From positions 144,682 through 208,681 of the forward strand of contig JACPBG010000002.1 in NCBI GenBank assembly GCA_016180435.1: a stretch of 64,000 nt of DNA. The letters run 5' to 3'. The translations under genes and the position numbers were made by a program. A model generated the notes under the pieces. The model did no database searches. It was given only the letters and a program-made list of their open reading frames with translations, and was not told where the DNA came from. This stretch comes from Candidatus Sungiibacteriota bacterium (lineage in GTDB: Bacteria; Patescibacteriota; Minisyncoccia; Sungbacterales; HO2-52-23). The first letter of the stretch is position 1. Each line of letters begins with the position of its first letter. Positions 59,515-64,000 of the stretch are shown here, piece after piece.

Positions 59515-60036
59515 CTAAAGTTTTTGTTTCGCTGCTAAAATCCAATCATATAATTTTTCGAAAAACGGCCCGAACGGTGTTTGTTTAATCTCTAGTGAGA
59601 CCGGAATTTCGAACGAGACGGGCGCTGTCCCCTTAATCGGAATTGCCGAGTTGAGCGGAACTGTAACGACCGTATCTACCGGAACAGCAGTATCAATGGG
59701 TACGCGCAGTGTAATCTCTTGTCCAAGTATCGGAATAGTCACTGGGACATTGACTATAGTCAGGATTGGAACCGAAACCTTGATGGGTATTTTAAAAGTA
59801 TCTTTTATCGGCACTTGCATAGAAAAAGGTATTTCTTCTTGTATGTTAATCCGGGTTGTTATGGTTTGGTTCTGTATATCTTTGATAACTTGAGCTAAAT
59901 TACTTAGCGGGCCCCGGGCGGCTTTACGCAGTCCGTTAATAAAAACAAAGAGATAAACATTCAAAGCTAAAGAAAATAATAAAACCGCCCAGAGAAGCCA
60001 ATAATCCCATGGCCGGTTAAATTTATTAGTATCCAT
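59515..60036 (-). CDS. Single-TM hypothetical protein with repetitive I/V-x-V-P beta-rich region
   Basis: TM followed by repeated VPI/IPI motifs. Confidence 0.65.
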   Translation of the reverse strand: MDTNKFNRPWDYWLLWAVLLFSLALNVYLFVFINGLRKAARGPLSNLAQVIKDIQNQTITTRINIQEEIPFSMQVPIKDTFKIPIKVSVPILTIVNVPVTIPILGQEITLRVPIDTAVPVDTVVTVPLNSAIPIKGTAPVSFEIPVSLEIKQTPFGPFFEKLYDWILAAKQKL

Positions 60037-60127
60037 ACCTGTTATTGTATCATATTTGTGTTAAGATTTGTATAAGGCATATGACTAAATTAGTTCTCAA
60101 AGTTAAAGGTATGCAGAGTGGCTCGCC

Positions 60128-60381
60128 ATTACGCATTTGAAACACGATTCGCCCTGTCCAGCGCAGGGCTCACTAAGGGTCGGCGAAATTTTTGCGCTTT
60201 GCGCAAACCAAGCCCCGTCACCAAAATTTTGACCGTTTCTGTGCCGTCTTAAATAAGCTGGCGAGATGTACTATGTGTTTCTCAACAAATGTTCACCTCT
60301 ACTTGGATGGAAACGAAAGCGGCAGTCAAAATTTGGTGCGGGGCAAGCAAATTTCGCCTCCCATTGTTTCAAATGCGCAAT
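60128..60381. mobile_element. ~250-bp palindromic element between a recoded copA 5' fragment and copA
   Basis: TTACGCATTTGAAACA / TGTTTCAAATGCGCAA termini; inner IR GCCCCGTCACCAAAATTTTGAC / GTCAAAATTTGGTGCGGGGC. Confidence 0.7.
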
Positions 60382-60404
60382 AAGCTCGCCGATGGTTTTA
60401 AAAT

Positions 60405-62912
60405 ATGACTAAACTTGTCTTAAAAGTAAAAGGAATGCACTGCGCATCTTGTTCAATTCTGATTGATAAACTGATCGGGAAGCAGGCCGGCGTGCAGTCC
60501 ATTAAAACAAGTTATGGCGCGGAAAAGACCGCGATTGAATTTGATGAGGTAAAAATCCCGCTTACTAAAATTGACGAACTGATAAATCAGCTTGGGTATG
60601 ATTTAATCCGGCCGGATGAGCAAGGGTCAACCGCCGCCGAGGAAGAGAAAAAAGAAGCCAAGCAAATCGAAGAATCGCGCCGCCGGGTGAAGGCCGCATT
60701 TTTATTGGCATTCCCCATAATTTTATATTACATGTTAATTCACATGTTTAATGTTACGCATGTGCATGAGCTTTTTGATTTTTTGAATCAGCGTGCGCCT
60801 TTGCTTACAGGATCCGGGTTTTTTGGATACGGGTCGTATGCCACAAGCTATTTTTTCTGGATTATAGCTCAGCCCCTGAAATTCTTAACCGGATTTTTGG
60901 TGGATGTCTCTAACCCGCCATTCCGGATTGATCTCAATTATTTCTATTGGGCATTATCTACTCCGATTCAGTTTATTATCGCCTGGCCGTTTTATCGGAA
61001 TTCCTTTACCGCCATTCGGGTGGGTTCGGCCAATATGGACGTATTGGTCGCGCTTGGCACATCAGCTGCCTATTTTTACTCCATGATTGGCTTTCTATTT
61101 TTTAACATTGACCATCCGTTTTGGGAGTCATCGGCCGCGCTGCTCTTTTTCATTTTACTCGGTAGATATTTTGAAGCGGTAGCCAAAGGTAGAGCATCGC
61201 AGGCTATCAAAGAACTTCTGAAATTGGAAGCCAAAGAAGCGCATATCATGCGGGACGGAGCCGAGGTTACGGTTCCGCTGGATCAGCTTAAAAAAGACGA
61301 TATTATAGTGGTTCGTCCGGGCGAGAAAATTCCGGTGGACGGTCTAATAATTGAGGGCAAAACCCATATTGACGAGAAGGTGGTTACCGGGGAATCCATG
61401 CCGGTGGGAAAAGGAGTGGGGGAGGAGGTGATTGGCGCTACCATAAATCAGGAGGGTTTGATCAAGTTTAAAGCCACGAAAGTCGGAAAAGAAACTCTGC
61501 TCTACCAAATTATCCAAATGGTAGAAGAGGCCCAAGCATCTCGCGCTCCCATTCAGAACTTGGTGGATAAAATTTCCGAATACTTTGTGCCGGCGGTTGT
61601 GGTATTTGCGGTAATAGTTTTCTCAACCTGGTATTTTTTTCTGATTCCGGATGATCTGCGATCAGCTCTTACTAAAATGATCGCGGTTTTGGTGATTTCC
61701 TGCCCCTGCGCCATGGGTCTTGCCACGCCCACGGCTTTGATCGTTGGCATTGGCCGCGCGGCAAAATTTGGAATAATTTTGAAAGGCGGGGAGGCGCTGG
61801 AGAAAGCCTATAGGATTACGGCGGTTGCGCTTGATAAAACAGGCACTTTAACCATTGGAAAGCCGGTGGTTACCGATTTTATGGCATTGGGCGGCATGGA
61901 TGAGCGCGAGGCGCTTTTGCTCTCGGCGTCCGTGGAACAGGGCTCCGAACATCCGCTGGCGCGCGCGGTGATTGAGAAAGGAAAGGAAAAACTTGGTTCT
62001 CTGCCGGAGGTGAAGGACTTTGAGGCGGTCTCCGGATACGGAGTAAAAGGCTCGGTGAACGGCATTGAGATCGGAGTGGGGAATTCGGCTTTTATGGAAA
62101 AATTAGGAATATCCATAGAGGAATGGCGCCATAAATTTGAGGAATTGCAGGGTCAGGCCAAAACCACGGTTTTTGCCGTGAAAAAAGACGGGGATAGATG
62201 GCGCGCTATGGCTTTAATCGCCATGGCAGATACCCTAAAGCCCTTTGCCAAAGAGGCGATTGCCGAACTTAAAAAAATGAAGAAAGAAATCATTATGATT
62301 ACCGGCGATAACCCGAAAACAGCGCATGCGATTGCGCGCGAAATCGGGATTGATCGCGTGCTCGCGGAAGTAAAGCCCCAGGAAAAAGCGGATGTAATTA
62401 AAAAATTGCAAGCCGAGGGCAAGTCGGTTGCCATGGTGGGGGACGGGATAAATGATTCTCCGGCGCTCGCGCAGGCAGATATCGGGATTGCCGTTGGGTC
62501 GGGTACGGATGTGGCGGTGCAGACCGGAGAAATAATTTTGGTAAAAGACGATTTGCGGGATGTGGTAACATCCATTCAGCTGTCGGGAAAAACCATTAAA
62601 AAAGTGTGGCAAAATCTTTTCTGGGCGTTTTTCTATAACGTCCTGGCAATTCCGGTGGCTGCCGGGTTTCATCTTTTCTTTACCACGCAAATTCTCACCT
62701 CGCATATTTTTGGGCGTCCGGCCGAGTGGACTTTAGGGTTGCAGAAATTGGGCGGCTTGGGCAAAGCGCTTTTCAATCTTTCCCAATCCACGCTCCGTCC
62801 CGAAATTGCCGGTTTTGCCATGGCGTTTTCTTCGGTGTCGGTGGTTACCAATTCCTTATTGCTTCGCCGTTATGTGCCGCCTATGGAAAAAGTTATTGAG
62901 GCTAAATCTTAA
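60405..62912 (+). CDS. copA: Copper-translocating P1B-type ATPase
   Basis: GMHCASC HMA, TGES, CPC, DKTGT, EHP, GDGINDSP, YN and MAFSS Cu(I) ligands. Confidence 0.93.
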   Translation: MTKLVLKVKGMHCASCSILIDKLIGKQAGVQSIKTSYGAEKTAIEFDEVKIPLTKIDELINQLGYDLIRPDEQGSTAAEEEKKEAKQIEESRRRVKAAFLLAFPIILYYMLIHMFNVTHVHELFDFLNQRAPLLTGSGFFGYGSYATSYFFWIIAQPLKFLTGFLVDVSNPPFRIDLNYFYWALSTPIQFIIAWPFYRNSFTAIRVGSANMDVLVALGTSAAYFYSMIGFLFFNIDHPFWESSAALLFFILLGRYFEAVAKGRASQAIKELLKLEAKEAHIMRDGAEVTVPLDQLKKDDIIVVRPGEKIPVDGLIIEGKTHIDEKVVTGESMPVGKGVGEEVIGATINQEGLIKFKATKVGKETLLYQIIQMVEEAQASRAPIQNLVDKISEYFVPAVVVFAVIVFSTWYFFLIPDDLRSALTKMIAVLVISCPCAMGLATPTALIVGIGRAAKFGIILKGGEALEKAYRITAVALDKTGTLTIGKPVVTDFMALGGMDEREALLLSASVEQGSEHPLARAVIEKGKEKLGSLPEVKDFEAVSGYGVKGSVNGIEIGVGNSAFMEKLGISIEEWRHKFEELQGQAKTTVFAVKKDGDRWRAMALIAMADTLKPFAKEAIAELKKMKKEIIMITGDNPKTAHAIAREIGIDRVLAEVKPQEKADVIKKLQAEGKSVAMVGDGINDSPALAQADIGIAVGSGTDVAVQTGEIILVKDDLRDVVTSIQLSGKTIKKVWQNLFWAFFYNVLAIPVAAGFHLFFTTQILTSHIFGRPAEWTLGLQKLGGLGKALFNLSQSTLRPEIAGFAMAFSSVSVVTNSLLLRRYVPPMEKVIEAKS

Positions 62913-62991
62913 AATAATATAGAGAGTAAATGTATAAATGTATCTAAAATTACGCTTAAGCGTAATTTTAGATACATTTATAAAGTAGTCA

Positions 62992-63028
62992 GATCCTAAA
63001 ACCCGCCAGATGGCGGGTTTTAGGATCA
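62992..63028. terminator. Stem-loop downstream of copA
   Basis: GATCCTAAAACCCGCC-AGAT-GGCGGGTTTTAGGATC. Confidence 0.6.
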
Positions 63029-63163
63029 AAGTTCCAATGCAGTCATAAAGTAGACCATTTACGCTGTGGATAATATAATTATTTATTTAATGCATGACGT
63101 GGTACGCTTATATTAGTCGTTTTTGCATATTTATTACACACTAACAGATATTTTATCAAATCT

Positions 63164-64000
63164 ATGTCTAACAAAAAGAATATCTTTATCATAGTCGCGG
63201 CCCTTGTCATTATTAGCGGCATTTATTGGTTTTATGACGACATCATCCGGCTTTTTCCGAAAAAGCCGGTGCCGGTTCTTACGAAATCCATGCTTGCCAA
63301 AGACGTGGCGCTTACCAGCTGGAATTTTATTGATCAAAGCGCTCTGAATAAAGAACGGCGCGGTTACATAGATTTTTGGCGAACGCGGTTCATATGTAAA
63401 AAAGGCAAATGCGTTGCGGATAAAAATATGATTTTACAAAGCGATGTGCTGTCCACGTATCTTCCGCCGGCGCTTTACGTTGAGGATCTCCGGCTGTTTG
63501 CTACCGTAACCAAAGATCCGCAGTTTAACCGAAAGAGGATCGCCGAGACCCTGTTTCTTACTCTTTTGTGCGGACGCGAACCGGATGTATGCCGCCGGCA
63601 GTTTACCGCAATTGTAAATGGGGATGCGGATTATAAGAAAGTAGATCCGAATAAATTTGCCGCGCTTCTGATAGTTGATGTAGGACTCGAGCCCAAAAAT
63701 CTTTTGGCCTGGTTCCAGAAACTGGAACGTTTTATCGCCCTGGCGAAATTTACCAAAAATCCAAAACACCTTGAGGTCGCGGAAAAGGTTTTCAAAGAAG
63801 GCGAAAAAATGTATTTGGAACCGGGTTCCCCGGCATATCGGGAAGGAGATATCGCGGTAACCAGCAATAGTTGTTACAAGCCGTTGGGAGAAATTAAAAT
63901 GTATGAATTGACGCAAAATTCCATGTATCGCGATGCCGCCTTGGCTTTTGTTGATCAGTCCAAAATTTATGATCATGCCGCTGATTTATCTAAACAAAAG
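63164..64000 (+). CDS. Membrane-anchored hypothetical protein, 3'-truncated by window (not in ORF track)
   Basis: Manual reading MSNKKNIFIIVAALVIISGIYWFYDD...; I saw no stop before the window end. Confidence 0.65.
   Translation, partial: MSNKKNIFIIVAALVIISGIYWFYDDIIRLFPKKPVPVLTKSMLAKDVALTSWNFIDQSALNKERRGYIDFWRTRFICKKGKCVADKNMILQSDVLSTYLPPALYVEDLRLFATVTKDPQFNRKRIAETLFLTLLCGREPDVCRRQFTAIVNGDADYKKVDPNKFAALLIVDVGLEPKNLLAWFQKLERFIALAKFTKNPKHLEVAEKVFKEGEKMYLEPGSPAYREGDIAVTSNSCYKPLGEIKMYELTQNSMYRDAALAFVDQSKIYDHAADLSKQK

Noticed and set aside
60192-60383. Small ORFs within palindromic elements (also 38261-38518, 24069-24287, 6902-7180, 17979-18221)
   Set aside because: They coincide with inverted-repeat DNA and have no recognisable protein motifs.
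24174-63075. GTGGATAA / TGTGGATAA DnaA-box-like motifs (24174, 33759, 63065) as oriC
   Set aside because: Isolated single boxes in separate intergenic regions, with no cluster and no dnaA/dnaN.
1-64000. Alternative genetic code (TGA=Gly, as in Gracilibacteria/Absconditabacteria)
   Set aside because: Conserved genes are full-length under code 11, and TGA ends hsdM, abiEii and others at expected positions.

Overview
Chromosomal segment whose gene content suggests a Patescibacteria/CPR (Parcubacteria-like) bacterium. This is an inference from the VirD4/DUF87-like ATPase, giant surface proteins and few obvious SD motifs. TGA is used as a stop. From left to right: the C-terminal Kelch part of a probable subtilase, a DUF87/T4CP-like ATPase, GtrA, a zincin, dnaX and tRNA-Gln(TTG). 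Next is an ~11 kb defence island: AbiE TA pair, small HTH, RadC, and a type I R-M system whose hsdR-hsdM-hsdS operon is interrupted by a wHTH-HATPase-STAS gene, an Abi/UG-class (AbiP2-like, YRDD) reverse transcriptase and a HEPN-like gene. Then come NUDIX, flavoproteins, a c-type cytochrome, a split class III RNR (nrdD, a separate 55-aa glycyl-radical peptide, nrdG) and a ~22 kb block of surface proteins with HicBA and a GT-C transferase. The window ends with thioredoxin, a subtilase pair, a DoxX/CcdA/cupredoxin/CopA copper-redox cluster and further TA modules. The most striking non-annotated signal is a set of short palindromic elements, especially a CCCCGTTAGA...TCTAACGGGG family. They nest inside each other, insert in-frame into at least seven proteins and supply start codons. 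There are also two cases of a synonymously recoded duplicate of a gene's first codons (hsdS, copA).
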